NCBI GenBank assembly: GCA_002633005.1
Contig: NMRA01000037.1
Coordinates: forward strand, 310,001 to 374,000
Reading direction: 5' to 3'
Source of the DNA: Phoronis australis
Lineage: Eukaryota; Animalia; Phoronida
Length of the DNA: 64,000 nt
Below the pieces are notes generated by a model, which saw only the letters and a list, made by a program, of their open reading frames with translations, was not told where the DNA came from and ran no database searches. This document shows positions 25,601 to 38,940 of this stretch, one piece after another. Position numbers and translations under genes: made by a program. Position 1 is the stretch's first letter, and every line of letters starts with the position of its first letter.

Positions 25601-26785
25601 CTTGCGCAAAGGCATGTTGCAGAGAACAAGTTACCCTGCCTTGAAAAGGTTGTGAACAGTAAAACACACGGTTGATGCATCTGGCCTTTCAGTCTAAGTC
25701 GAATTTTGCGTTTCTGTTAATCACACTGTATAATTTATATAGCAGAGTAGATAGTACCCATGCACTTTTGTGGCAAACATTTGCCACATGCGTCAAGAAA
25801 ATGCTCATGTGCACACAAATCAAGTTAATTATTGAATGTGTTTGGTTAACAAACATAATAAAAAATGAAACGTTCACGAGGTACTGTGAAACTCATACTA
25901 TAAAGATTTTGTTCAAGCAGCAAGCAGAGGCTAGATTTTGTATGGCAACAATAATCTCATTTAAAATTATCTCTCCTTTTTGATATTTTTAGAACAGACA
26001 CCAGAACATTGAGAATGCAGGCTAAACTGAACACGTTAATAGTAATGTGTTCCTAATTTCCTAAAATCACATCAGTTCAAATGAAGCTAAATCATTCCAA
26101 ATGGCTTCAAAAATAATCAATTTACAATTTAGAGGAGCCAAAGTAGTCATGTGTTTTTTATTACTGGCTCATAAAGTATGGGGTGCGTTGGGGGATGGGG
26201 GGAGGGTAATCTTATGTAAGATCAAGGAATGTTATCATGCAATGAAGTTCTGCTCAAGGTGTTTTTATGTACACAGGTCATGAAATATGTAACAATAAAT
26301 ACTACTAGTATACATTAAAATAACAGTTTGATGTATAGTGGCCATCCCCTACTGTGAGACAATACAAGTCATGTTTACTGGCATGGCAAGGAATCCTTTC
26401 CCAGCAGGGATAAACCCTGATTAAGTTAGTTGCCCAATACCTGAATAGCACCCCTCAGGAGGGATAAACAAATAATTAGCACACCTGAGGGACACCTGTA
26501 AATACATTTACTGTAAATGGTTATGTAATCACAAAACACTTCAAACAGGCGAATTAATTAGTTAAGGGTAAGTTAATATTGCGACCATGGCACCAATAAC
26601 ATGCTCGTTTGGTTTAATTTGTGAAATCTCCATCGCTCTGGTTTGGTGTTTTTGCAAAACTTAAGAGAATCGAAACCAGCTAAAATATAAGTTACCTTCG
26701 GTTTCTTGGAAGATAAAGGCTTTTTGTCTGTTTGACAAAAGTCTGGGTGGTCCATTCCAAAATCCCCGTATAATTCAAGGTCCAT
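4261..26785 (-). CDS. Ets1/2: Ets1/2 (pointed-P2-like) ETS transcription factor; spliced CDS of about 488 aa
   Basis: Exons (minus strand): 26696-26785, 25168-25202 (tentative), 24184-24260, 12608-12727, 9809-10009, 8885-8980, 8236-8295, 6812-7018, 5220-5456, 4261-4604. Total is 1467 nt and in frame. Hallmark motifs: [16 protein letters not shown] (ERK site), [21 protein letters not shown]...[11 protein letters not shown] (PNT), [26 protein letters not shown]...[31 protein letters not shown] (ETS). Confidence 0.95.
4930..5185. mobile_element. MITE, PIF/Harbinger-like
   Basis: Imperfect TIRs (gttccaagaacctgac / gtcagttttcttggaac), flanking CTG trinucleotides and internal acttaagtc-type subrepeats. 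Confidence 0.55.
5220..5456 (-). CDS. Ets1/2: Ets1/2 exon preceding the ETS domain (N-terminal autoinhibitory region)
   Basis: acag|GTAAATAC...TACTCAG|gtaatg; 237 nt, phase 1-1; ends [13 protein letters not shown]. Confidence 0.93.
6567..6696 (+). mobile_element. Short MITE with CAGGGGCGGATCCAGG terminus
   Basis: TIRs caggggcggatccagga / tcctggatctacctgtg; homologous inverted copy at 53965-54078. Confidence 0.7.
6812..7018 (-). CDS. Ets1/2: Ets1/2 internal exon; alternative in-frame acceptors at 7060, 7102 and 7144
   Basis: ttcacag|GCAGTTAT...CCAAG|gttagt; [13 protein letters not shown]...[23 protein letters not shown]; phase 1-1. Confidence 0.88.
6992..7161. repeat. 42-bp minisatellite, 4 essentially perfect copies, spanning an Ets 3' splice site
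   Basis: Unit acatattgtgagggactctataactgcctgtgaacatcaaac. Confidence 0.97.
8236..8295 (-). CDS. Ets1/2: Ets1/2 internal 60-nt exon
   Basis: ttttgtag|GATACCCC...GGACG|gtaagt; [20 protein letters not shown]; phase 1-1. Confidence 0.85.
8885..8980 (-). CDS. Ets1/2: Ets1/2 exon following the PNT domain
   Basis: ttatttag|ATGTTGAG...CACTG|gtaagg; [32 protein letters not shown]. Confidence 0.88.
9809..10009 (-). CDS. Ets1/2: Ets1/2 PNT (SAM) domain exon
   Basis: gttttag|ATCCAACT...CAAAG|gtaatc; [67 protein letters not shown]. Confidence 0.96.
10649..10690. repeat. 22-bp-period tandem duplication (ggtctatgatgatcaaagta x2)
   Basis: Direct reading. Confidence 0.9.
12608..12727 (-). CDS. Ets1/2: Ets1/2 exon carrying the ERK phospho-acceptor (PLTP)
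   Basis: ctgcag|ACCTTCCC...CAAAG|gtaaat; [40 protein letters not shown]. Confidence 0.95.
15585..15649 (+). repeat. Short dispersed repeat ending in the palindrome GGTTGGCCAACC; second copy at 49402-49476
   Basis: aacaagaaca...agaaaacgctt..agagttta.tggggttggccaacc..aaatt is shared by both sites. Confidence 0.7.
18338..18586 (+). mobile_element. About 245-bp MITE with TA target duplication (Tc1/mariner-type)
   Basis: TA-tggtaaaatctcacca...tggtgagatttcaccg-TA; diverged relatives at 23893-24126 and 55927-56171. Confidence 0.75.
23893..24126 (-). mobile_element. Inverted, diverged copy of the 18338 MITE family
   Basis: Same TIR (tggtaaaatctcacca); the internal sequence matches in reverse orientation (catagcta, gcattca). 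Confidence 0.6.
24184..24260 (-). CDS. Ets1/2: Ets1/2 N-terminal exon
   Basis: gtttcag|TCGATCA...TTCAG|gtaatt; [25 protein letters not shown]. Resembles the VPS/T-L-x-D segment upstream of PLTP in Ets1/2/pointed proteins. Confidence 0.8.
25168..25202 (-). CDS. Ets1/2: Putative Ets1/2 35-nt micro-exon [11 protein letters not shown](S) with a non-GT donor
   Basis: Good acceptor tttcccaacag|TTC. It supplies the phase 0-to-2 bridge needed between the neighbouring exons, but the donor reads AG|ataacg. Confidence 0.5.
26696..26785 (-). CDS. Ets1/2: Ets1/2 first coding exon
   Basis: Acceptor atttcag at 26801, ATG at 26785; [30 protein letters not shown]|gtaact. Confidence 0.75.
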
Positions 26786-27356
26786 CTCTTCTTCAAACCT
26801 CTGAAATTATTCAAAGCAAAACATGAGGTCGACACATATTAACACCGGTGACCTACATTTGCCCGAATACGCCATTTTATGAATGAAAAGTCAGCCATGT
26901 TAATCTTGGTAAACACAAAGAAACGCGTAGTAAAGTTTACGATACCAAAGCCTTACAGCAGCAATTTTGCCTAGAAATACAAACTAGACTTACAAAGCAG
27001 TCTTTAATCTCAACAATCCTTGCAAATTACAGACGTGCTTTTGTCGCGATTCGGAGATATCTTGCTGTAACTTGGCCCAGTTTCACGAACACGGCAACAG
27101 CAGCTGACGGTCTTCCGACGGTGGCAAGCAATTGTTTTGACGTTCTCTGTCGTCGTAGGTAGGAATATTTCCAATAACGTCCAGTATTTACCTTCAAAAG
27201 TATCAGTCTGCGTCCAATTCTTTTAGGGCACGATGAACATTAATCCAGTTGGCTGCATTTGACGCCAAATTAGCGACACTACACTAACACCTACTGTACA
27301 TTACATTCATAAATTTCTTTGCGGGAATTATGTTGATGTTCTCTTCATGTAGTCTT

Positions 27357-27416
27357 CTGATTGGCTGATATTCACAAGATCGCTATAGTAGGCGGGACCA
27401 AAAGCGATGACGTATA
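27357..27416 (-). promoter_or_regulatory. Putative Ets1/2 proximal promoter: CCAAT box, GC box and CRE-like site
   Basis: ctgattggct (AGCCAATCAG on minus), ggcggg and tgacgt lie within 60 bp, upstream of candidate 5'UTR donors near 26993 and 27191. Confidence 0.5.
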
Positions 27417-30400
27417 AACAAATTGACACCTCCCGTATTACAATGTGTTTGTGTTTGTACTCGGACTTTCTTCCTGGTTTCTAGTTACGAATATTCATGA
27501 AATTGTTTTTCGGATACAGCTTTTCTTTTATTAGCACCATTTGAAATAAAAGTGCCAATAATCTTGTCACAGTAAATCACATCGGCATGTCTATTGAAAA
27601 CGAAAAAGCTCACTTGCACGTAGTTTTGACCGACTGCATAACTATTTAAAAACCTTGTTACCAGCAAGTAAGATTCTCCCGTAGTAGTCCACAAAAACTA
27701 AAAAATTGTACAAATTCAAGAAAACAGCGTTGTTTTTACATCTACCATATGGAATCCAAAAAAAGATATGCGTAGCAAAGAATCTGGCCTTGACGTCAAT
27801 TTTCATCTGCCCGACAAACACGAGACGAAAATAATTATCGCGGGTTGCAATACTCCACTCCCCCTAAGTTACTCTACTAAGCAAAATTCACGATCCCGAA
27901 GATACTCGACCCGCAAAAAGGAACATCATGGATTGAGTCCCACCAAAAAAGACCCTATCCAATTGACGCTCATTCGGAAACAAAGTTCGACTGAGAAAAA
28001 GCCTTTGTCCACGGGTTATTCCTGAGTGGGTCCTTTCGTTCTGTTACAGGTGGAAAATGGGGGCAAGGTCAGTCTGTATTTTTCTAAACTTTTGATGTTT
28101 AAAGGGGTGGTAGAAATATTTCAACATGATTATTTGTTAACAGAGGTATCGGGAGACTTCTCTTATAATAGACAAGCTAACTACCAACTAAGCAAAAAAA
28201 TCCTTCAAACCCATGACTGAATGAGAGCGCTGCAAGTTCCCAAAAAAGGTCCACATTTTTTTTGGAAAAAAAGATGCCCGGAGCTCTTTTTGGATGCACG
28301 GTCTCTCAGAAATTCTTAGTACGTGATCTTTTCCGGAACACTGGGGCATCCGGTATTTTCGCATTCTCAACTTTGGGGCTCCGAAAATATCGTGGCAGCG
28401 AAATGCTTGCAATTTTCCAGCCCATGAGGCGAATGGAATGGGTCCACGGTGCGTAAAGGAAACATTTTGATTATAGATTTACTTTAAAGTGTATCGACTT
28501 AGTATGGCACCCGTCAACACTTAGACAAACAAATAACCCTGATACAGCAGTTCATTGCGTGAGTTTTTATCCAATCTACGCATTACATCCTGTTAAGTGG
28601 GCTAAAAACAACAATCGAATTACGCCTTTTATTGGCATAAAACCAGTGTCATGATATTCCTTGTCTTAATAGGGTTCTATTTCCGTGAGCAACTCAAAGT
28701 AGAAGCATTGCGCACATGAGCCATTTTTGAATTCATTGTTTTAGGTTTGGCCTACCTCAATAAACGTTTTGTGAAGTCGCTGATCCTCGATGTTATTGCT
28801 GGTAACGGAAATTGAATCCTAACATGGTGAAAAATATTATGAGATCTATTCTATGAGAGTAAAATGCTTAATTCAATTTTCGTTTTTGCCAGCTTAACAG
28901 GGCGAAAGCAGCTTAAAACATGAATATCTCCAACCGTAGGTCAGTGTTATGAGGGTTGGAAATGCAGTCACTAACCCAGGTGGTGTGTTGTTCAGAAGAT
29001 CAAACCTGGTTTGATGTCGCAGGTGACAGAGATAACTTACGCTTGAATGACTTGCATTGCAAAGCAACATCGATCGATAGGTAGCCTTCCTTATGACATA
29101 GCGGGCGATGTTCGGCTCGTGTCGCCTACTGAGTTCCATCTCCACGCTTAGCACAATTTGATCGGGCGATTTTTTATCGGACCATTTGCGCAGATGATTT
29201 TTAACGCCGACGTCCAGCCGGTGTTACCGTGTCTCTGCCACAAGCTCACTAAGTAAGTCGAACGAATCGATCGCCAACGTAAGCTTTTGTGACCGAGACA
29301 TTTTCATGTGGTTTTATAGCCCTTTTAAAAACGGTTATAAAACCTCGTTCTGTCCAAGCAATGAACTTTTGACTTAAGCCACCCTGACACTTGTACTATT
29401 AAAGAAGCGCGTTGGCACGTAAATCATCGTGGCAAAATAAACTCCCCGGGAATGAAAGTGAAATGTCTGTGAACTGTGCGGGTGTGCGTGTTATGTCGCA
29501 GAGAAAATTATGAAGCGTTGAAAATTAAAACGCGTTGATTTTGCGGGAATCAAACGTGAATTGCACGTGAATAAGTCAAGTAGGCTGCGCAAGAGGACCG
29601 CGGGTAACGTGCGCCATGGAGTCAATGTTCCATTCGAACACTGTAGTGTGGAACATTGTATGTGGTTGGAAAGGGTAAAAAATCAGCGCAGAAATGGTAC
29701 GTTTGTCACTCCAAATTGCGTGATAGTGCGTGTCAAAACATCATGCAAGTTAGGTTGGCTTTAGATCACTTTATCGCTATAACGGTTGTCTCAACTTGTT
29801 CCTTACTCAAAAGAAAAGTGATTTCTCAGTGAGAAAGTGACAGTTTGTCCAGACAACACAAGCCGCCAACGTGTAGAGCTTGATCTCAAGCTATAACGAA
29901 CTGTCAGTTCTTTCAAAGCTTTTAAAACATTTCCAATTTGACTGGGGAACTCTATTGGTAAAACGTCTAAATCAAAAATTGATTGCGAGGAAGGGCTGAT
30001 TTATAGCCGCTGTGAACATCATCCAAGACTGCACATCTAGAAGCCAGCAAATTCCACCTGAGCCCTTGTCGAGTTTTTACGGATGAGGCTTATTAGACAT
30101 ACGATCAGAAAAAAGAACACTTTCAGCAACAATGAATAATATAAAATATTCATTTAATCTGCGTGACATTTGCTCGAGTTATGGTCATTCAGGATTTTGT
30201 TGAGTGGTAACCACGAGTGGGAAGCATTGTGAGAGTGACTAGTCCAGTGAGTGGCGGGATCACTTAGAGAGCGGGGTATGTGGAGCGGGCTACAGGAAGT
30301 GGGTGTATTGGTTGCCCACTCTCGGGTTCGATTACCTTTGAATCAATTCCACCTGCAGCACTCCTCCTGCTGAAACTGACTTTGAACTGGTCTCGATATA

Positions 30401-32530
30401 ACACGCGAACTTCAAAAGCGTGACTGTGCGGCATGTCAATGCACGGTCTTGGGTTTCCGACAAGTGGCAAATTTAGAGGTGAGCCAAGGGGGTCATTGCC
30501 CGCTAGAGTAGCCCCCACCTAAAACTACCTTTGGCGGTTTGGGTTGATCTAGTTTTTAAGATTTTAGGGACCAATGGCAATGTTTTCTGTTTGGTTGAGG
30601 TAATTCGTAAGTCGCCATGAAAACAATCTGATTCCACAGCATACAGGTAAACAGTTTTTTAAAACACGCGTCACACGAATTTAATTCGCATATTGACTTT
30701 TTCTACATAACCCGGTCAGTGACCCAGTTTCCTCATAACCCAAATTTCCGAATCCGCCCTTGCTTGTTGCCACTTTTAATTTAACGCCAGCAGAGTTTAC
30801 AAAAAAATTTTGAAAAGCAATTTCGTGTTATTTCAAATTTAATGATTCTTTTCCGCTTCATCATCGTGCAAAAAGACAGATTTTAAACAAAAACAATTTA
30901 CCTAAATGAGACCCTTCTTTAATTGAATTTCATACACTATAACATAATAAAATGCTTACTCGCATCATTGAACAGTATAGGTTTGTTGTTTTTGAAATAA
31001 AAAATATTAAAAATGTATTTTCTGGCACACAGATTTTTCAATTGACTTTAAATTGTCAATATAGACTATTTAAATTTGTTGGCGCAACTGCAGGTTGGTG
31101 ACAGTTTTTTGTTCTCATAAAAACACCTACTTCCGTGCTTCCGACCATCTGACAAATTGTACGACCGTTGATAACATGCGCGCACCCAGAGGGGCTCGGG
31201 TCGAGCGAAGTGGGCAAAAAGGTTCGCCTCAGAGAAACAAGAAATACGAGAGAACGAGACAAAAGTCCACTTAAAAAGCAGGAACTTTGCGCGAATGCAC
31301 AAAGTAGCGCTAAACGTACTACCCCGTTTTTAGTCTTTAATTTTCAGTAACAGGTCCACAATCTCAAAAATTCTAGCCCCCATATTTTAGGCTGGGTGAG
31401 CACATGGATAAGATGAAACCACGAAGCGGATCCTGGTGTTCAACTATCAGTTTTGCCACTATAGTCGACTTTTGCGCACCTATTAGGCTCCGGTCGTAGT
31501 TAAAAACACTCAGCGTACGATTACTACCTTCGGGGGAAATTCCGTAAATACTTGATACAACTTTATCATCCGAATCAGCAGCAAACATGTGTTTTGGAGA
31601 CGAAAATAACCAAACAAAGTGGACTGAAACGCTTGTTCATAATTGGGCCGTTATGGTGAAATTCACTATATCAACTATGGCGGATCTCGAAGGTTCCGGG
31701 AGTACTTAGTGAAGCCATACCGCAGTGTTTTGAATTAACTTCAATCAATTATCATTTCGACTTGAATCGCGGACGAATACACGGGTGGAATATTGTAAAA
31801 GAATTCGCTGGCATTTTCTGTAAGGTATCTCACTCTGATTTAGTGTTCTCTGTCGAATGTCATCTGTACGGACAAGGATACATTACTTACTCTCGGTACT
31901 GAACAGAAAATTTCGTAATTCTTTCTCGTACGGTAAAGTTTCCTCAAATTCGAACACAAATGATTGCAAAAATAGACATCTTTCCATTTTCCAGAACCTT
32001 ACTAACTTTCTAAAGATGCTAATTGTATGTTGGCTGACGTCAGCTGTTCCATGTTAACTGTGCAAACAAAGAAGCATTTTTTCTTTCTGTTTACTTTTGT
32101 TCGATTTCGCTGTCCCGCCACATTGTACACTAAATTCAAAAAACTTTTTCAGAATGTATTTGTGTTTCTTCAAACTTTCGAAATATATGCATACGTGTGG
32201 ACATCATGGCCGCCAACGAATGTCGTCTGATCAGCCAGCAATCATGATATTTTCCCGTATGTGAATTAGGCCTAATATGAAATTCGGGATTTATATGTGG
32301 GTGTGCTTGCGAGTTTGTGGAAATTTCAGTTTGAAAAAGTGCATGGTCGACTGAGCTGGATTGCATAACGATTCGTTTTATGAGGGTTTTTGATTTTCCA
32401 AATTTTACTTTAAAGCGGCATTAAACTAAGTTTTCTGTCAAAAAGTTTTGTCTTTGGTCACTTATAGCTGTAAAATTGTTCCCTACTCAGTTGAACAGTG
32501 ATCTTCGGAATCCGTTTCATGAAATGACTT

Positions 32531-32760
32531 TTAAAAGACATAAGACAGGAATTTAATCTTAAGGCGTTCCCACCTCACAATTAAGTAAATGTTTAGCAAC
32601 TAATTATGTGCGAATCACTGTCCATAAATAATAGAAATTATCTTAGCAATTAGCAGGTGTGTGTCTATATAGAAACTGAGCTTTTGCTCAGGTGACATCT
32701 AATTGTTTTCCAGAAATAGTTAAGTGAAGCGTAAGACCAAATTTCTGTCTCATGTCTTAA
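32531..32760. mobile_element. Decayed inverted-repeat (foldback/MITE) element
   Basis: aagacataagacaggaatttaatctta / taagaccaaatttctgtctcatgtctt form imperfect inverted repeats. Confidence 0.5.
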
Positions 32761-35700
32761 AGATGTATTTGCATGCTCCTAACTATGCTAAGGTGTAGCA
32801 GGAACTAAACGACAATGCTATTGTTACATAATCTAAACTAAAAAAGTGCAGTCAGTATCCACTGACCTTTTACAAATGTGAAAACAACAAATTCTGAAAA
32901 TAGGTGACCTTTGCACTAATGACGTACCTCGCGGGCTCACATAGCCGGCATCATGCAGTGTTATTCTCCACCATCACGTCATGATACTTACTGGACACGG
33001 TTCAGTGATTTGAAGCGGATCATTTTCACCACACAATGCGTTTTTAAAGACATTTGGCAATTTTCAACCTACTTCATATTCACATCGTCCCTATATGTTG
33101 TGTTTCTAACTAATTTGGCCAAGCAATTACAGAGATAAGGAATTAGCCTGCAGGTTCCACTTTTTCATGAAGCAGTTCATTATTTCTTCAGACTTTATCC
33201 AATTTCAGGTGTGACCTGAAACTTTATGCGGTTGTTCTGAACATAGAACTTAAAAAGCGTACCTTATTGTCAGTTCTTTTGAAGCACTGAAATAACCTCC
33301 GATTTGACTATGAAAAAATTTGAGACTAATTTCATAACAGCAATTGGTCTAAATCAAAAGTTTTTTGTTTTGTTTTGGAGGCGGGTTTGTTGTCGCTATA
33401 ATATGCAGTTTACAAAACAAAACAAAACACAAGCGACAAACAGTTATGACAAGCTTATAAAATTAACCAAAACATTTCGTAATGGTAAAGATACCTGGTG
33501 TTAACTGAAGCAAAGGATTTGTTCAGTTAAAATATTCAGCTGTATAAGTTTACCATAACTGCGAATACCTGCACACTCACTCAATAATTTTCCACAAAAA
33601 TCAACTTTGCTATATTAGTAACTGAATAGACTTAATTTATATTTACATTTACATCATGCTTTGTAAGTTATTATATTTTAATGTTTTACGAAATGTCAAC
33701 GCCTGTATGAGCAAAAGTAACGTTATAAGTGGAAAAATGTTTGCGAAATAAAACAGGTGGGATACTTTAACCACAAAGCATACCGTCGTAAGTGTGAAAA
33801 CTTATAGTCAGAAACTTGAGATACGTCCGCACAAGACGCTCTCAGGTTACCCGTTCAACAACGTAACCGGCTGGTTGTGCGAGTGCATTGAGCTCTTCGT
33901 CTCAGACTTACCAACGTGTCGCAAGGTAAATGAGCCAAGACTTTGTATAACAACTGTCGTTGTAACATTTTCATAAAGTTTGAAAGAACTGTACACTAGT
34001 GGACGGTTCTCACGAGACGCTGTGTACACCTATGCAAATTACCTGGAATTGAAGTAACTATCGGGAACCGCTTACGAATCAAATTATGCATACATTTGAG
34101 TGGAAAATGGACTAACATCTGTTAATAAAGAACTGGCCCAACCGTCCTATTCACGCAATCGTCACCGTCTCAGACAGATTTCACGCCTTTTCAGTATTGA
34201 TTAAATTCATGTCTAATCATAAACCTTTATTACTCAAGTATTTTCTAGTTTTCCCACGCTCCGCGAACGAGAAATTTCCAGATATAGATAAGTCCACCGG
34301 GTGAAAATACACAATTTTGAGAAATGTACGATAAAGGAACCCTTTGTTCATCATAACGTTGTTAGCATGAGTATGTGGCCAAATTGATTACGAAGCTGGC
34401 GCTTACATGTACGGTGCTATTGTCTACTCGAAGCCTGCCCGAGATCTCAGTATTGCACGATGCATGGCTTATTAGAAAAATGATAGCCAAAAGTACATTA
34501 AATGAGTCAAAGCTATACGTGGTTTATGAACTTCAAGTTCTCGTCATATGATAGCTCGAGCTGACAAAAATCAATCTAGCTTCGTATTATCTTAAAAGGA
34601 TACCAAACCAGTTTTGGCCTATTAACATCTATTAAAAACCACTCTCCCCATCATATTCTCTGAAACAAAATAATTCTCTGTAACTCTCGAAAACCCTCAA
34701 AAGTTTGTTTGAAAATCTGGAAACTCCTCTCAAGGTTTGCCAAACGGTCAAGCGTGACCTACGCTTTTACCGAATTACAGGGTAAATGGGGGGAAGGACC
34801 ACCCAGCAAGAATTATAATATCCAATATGTGACTTAGGGAGTGTGAATTTTTAGTTGATTCTTGGTTTTATTATTGGAGATTGACGCCAATGATGTATTA
34901 GCGAGGATTGGTTCAAATCATCAAAACAGGGTTTAGTATCCTTTAAACATTGTTTCTCAAATGGTCATACCTGTAGATTATTTTTCCCCATAGATAGTCA
35001 CTGCAGTGGGCAGGCTGTGTTATTTAGTTTTATTTCATTAACTAAATAATGTTGTGGAAATTTATTTTCTTCTCACAATACCAAGTAGCTATTATCTCAG
35101 ACATATGATGACAGAGGGCCGAAACAGCTACAAAAAACATCATATTATTGATAAAACAGCGCTACGGTTCCTTAAGTTCAAAATAATTGAACTATTTGTT
35201 CCTGTGATCGATTTTCAGGGTTTTTTTTGCGACGGATGTGAGCGGGGTTTTGCAGCAACAGTATGCAACTGTTCCTAGCTGCGAGGGCCCCTGAACATGT
35301 TTATGGGTCACTGAATACATGTGGAGTAAATAATGGTATGGAAAAAAAGTTGCGAAGTTGAACACGGCGGGTCCGGCTTGGTTCGAATGTGACCAGAGTG
35401 GTGGAGAATTGGACGGTTACCATGCACTTGGCGCCATTGTGAGGCAGGCACGGGAGCTTACCCCAATCTTTGTAGAACATGACCCTTTACATTCTATATA
35501 TTACACGGAAGATGTGTTCTAAAAAGATTGAGATGAGCTGGCGTGGGAGGGGGAGGGGATTTTCTACCAAACCAGCTGTTACATGTTATATGGACATGAT
35601 AAAGCTATTCGCGCAGGCAAACCCTGGAGTCTCGTCTGTGCATTACTTTGTACTGTGTGCAAAGTCTCCCACTAGGTGGTTGCTACCACCTGTGCCATCT

Positions 35701-38700
35701 TGCTACCTACAATACCTTCCCGACCGTACAGCAGTGCCCTTGTCGCACTTCACACATTCACAACTGTTTCCTTCCGTCCACATACAACTAATACTTTGTA
35801 GACCAATCTACCAGCAAGTAATCGGCGTAGATATGAAACACCCTTTATTTATTATTAGTGAGGTGTCAGGTTTATTTATTCGTTTTCTTATTTATTGAAG
35901 AACTCATACCATTGCTTTCTATGTCTGTGTTGTAATTGAATGTCAAATGAATGAACTGTAAATATCTATTACACTTTCATATTTTCTATTCCAAACTTGA
36001 TTTGTGTTGCCGATGATTCTATTGTGTTGTCCGGTGGTCCTTAACGAAACGACTTTTGACTTCGAGGATTTCTAGCTTATTTACATGCGGCTCCTATTGT
36101 CAACGTCACACACACTCATGTTGTAAACTTATTGGCAAGCGTGACGCTCACAGCGCTAAAAGAAGAGTGACTTTTTCACCCGTCCTAGTATCTCTTAGCC
36201 GAAGGGTGCCTTTTTGACAAAATTCCTTTCAAAGTGTTCACTTTGGGAATTCGCCGTGGAAACAAAACCCGGACTGCCCAAAACTCTTCTATAGGTTCCT
36301 TTTCCAGTCAACTACACAAATGTACTACATTGAGGGTGGTTTAAATTATTTTTCAATATTTGGTTTCAAAAAATGTCTTTATGCTCTACTAGTTTTTGAC
36401 GACGTCATGACATTTCAGTCTTGTATTGTTTCAGAATAACTATTAAAAATTCAGCTTTGTAAGGATATCTACGAAGGAATATGTTTTCAAAATTAACCCC
36501 TTCAAAACAATCTTTAAACAAACTGCTAAAAGGTGACTAAGGAAGATTCCTACAAGTGGGGCCAAAGTTTTTCAGTCGTATCCATGTTCCGGTCCGTAGA
36601 ATCCGGACCAAATCGGAATATTCTAATTTGGACCGTTTCCGTATCGGAATTCCGATTTCCGATACTTACGGGGCCAGTATCGGAATATGTTTTATGATAC
36701 AAATCAAATCATCCACTCTATCCCAAATTTTCTGTTTTACCGTTGCCCGTCAAAACACAGGCCCTACTCGAATCATAACCGTCTAGTACACTAGCTACAG
36801 CCGGACACAACCAAAAAGGTCCCTTACGGTGTAGGATGCAGTTTTTGGGCACTCAGACATTTTTCATTTACCACAATTTCATTGCCCCTCTTAATACATC
36901 CTGGATCCGCCAGTGTAAGTACCGCTCATCCCCGAGAACCAAAGAGGGTGTACGTGATTTTCTATTTGTACATACACCTGCCGCATCGGTCGCCAGAGAG
37001 CGTCATTAATGCTAGTAGGCGGACTAGGGTCTATATTCGGCACTGGCAGAGGACGTGGGGCACAATCATACAAAAGTCTTTCTAGACCTTTTGATTTGAG
37101 GATTTTCAAATATTTTTCATGTCAATAATTTTATGGGTTTGAGTAGGCATTGTAGTATTTGTGCAGGCGTTATAATAGAACTCGTTCTCCAGTTCTGTAG
37201 AGTTATTGAATACCGTGTCTCACTGAATGACACAAGGTGTCACCACGAACCTAGAGACACCGACACAGGTAGGTGGCGCTGGTTCTCGACGGTGCAGGAT
37301 GAAACGACACGAAACGAACGCACGGAAGAGCGTGGTGAAAGCTTATGCTTCCTGCTTTGTGAGGCCAACATGAATCTACTGTCCTGTTAACTTAGATCTA
37401 GACTACTCGTTCGACCACCGAGATATCCTTGGTGCAAAGCAGTGTAAACACATGTTTGCACCAAGGCTATCCCTAATATAACTGCTGTCCTAGTCCAGTG
37501 GCAGTGCAGTAATAGTATAGCCATCATAGTGACTAGTCGGTAAGCCAACAGTCAACAATGCTGAGTATTGCCATTGGCATTGAGTGGTCAGAGAGCTGTT
37601 TCATCCAGCTGACGTTCAGCCATGCACAGCTAGCTAGATGGCTACCTGTGTATGACTGTATAGTCCTATTTACACAACAAAACTTCACAGGGTGACATGG
37701 AACGAGATGATCGTGCGCAAGTATGAAGTATGTGTAAACAGAACTGACACGGACACCAAAGTGACAACTAAGATTGTCACCCGCGTTTATGAGGTTGCAA
37801 TTGCACTCAATCATCTTGCTCTGTGTCAACTATATGTCTAAACATAAAACTGGGGCCAGGCAGAACAAATCATCTCTGTTGCACAAAAAACACTTACAGG
37901 TGATCATTTTTGCACAATTTCTAAGATTTACCAGTTCAGTGCCTTGTCTTAACCCTGACCTCCATTTATTTTGTCAGGAAACTGACAGATTATCACACAG
38001 AGTTAACATTCAAGACTGGGTTCAATTCAAATGCTGTAGACCTACTTGATGAAAGCTTTAATCACCTAATCAAAGAAATCATGGACTTAAAACTCGAAAT
38101 GTCACGAAATATGTGCACTTGGGAGAATTAGAAGTAGGATAACAACAACGGCTGCAACAATCATAATGAACCGTGATTTCCAAAATTTGCATCTTTGCTT
38201 ACGAGTACTCCACAGTCCTGTCTACAAATTGCGCCTTGCCACCGTTTCTGAGTTGTGTGTGCGTAAACGAACGCTTGACATCTTGCACCAGCAGGTGTCC
38301 TCATCTACTGATCGTCCTCAATATTGGGTATTGGGGATGATCAGATTGTCAATTGTCATTTGCCTTACTTAGTGTTCATTTTTTGACTTTCAAACTCATA
38401 CGCTAAACTGTCGCATTTGTGACCGCAATACACGTTCAGCCAAGCTCGTGAATAGCGAGTTGCTCACTTCAATCTAAGACAACGCCATCAAGTCTTTGAT
38501 GTGCCGAGGAATTTTCTAGATACTCTGGGGTAAACAGTACACGCTTTTTCGTCCACTTGCGTACAAATCCTGTTAGCATAAATGCAGAAGTTGAATTAAC
38601 CGAATGCTCGGGAACATTCCACTCAGTGCTTACCACTGCTGGAAAGCAAGTGGGAAGCTGAAACATTTATACATTATCTGAGACACTGCATACTTTTAAT

Positions 38701-38940
38701 GTGGCCGTTCATAGTAAAGGTACCCCAACTTGTAGACAGACAAGCTCATACCCTGAGGGAGATGTACCTTGTTCGTTTCAACCATTTAAAGCAAATACAA
38801 GTTGATGAACATCATTTTCTTGCATCACTTTCCCACTTTTCTATAGTAAAGGCTGGAAGACATCAATTTCAAAACAGTATACCCATGACATGCACATGGG
38901 CTGGCAAAATGCTGGACTAGACTGTAGTGTAACTACATAT

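Noticed and set aside
25635-25713. Alternative bridging exon for the Ets N-terminus
   Set aside because: It has canonical-looking sites but ends in phase 1, not the required phase 2.
35330-35500. Possible decayed CR1/L2 LINE 3' end on the minus strand (QVHGNR...GHIRTK)
   Set aside because: The similarity is too weak to support without a profile search.
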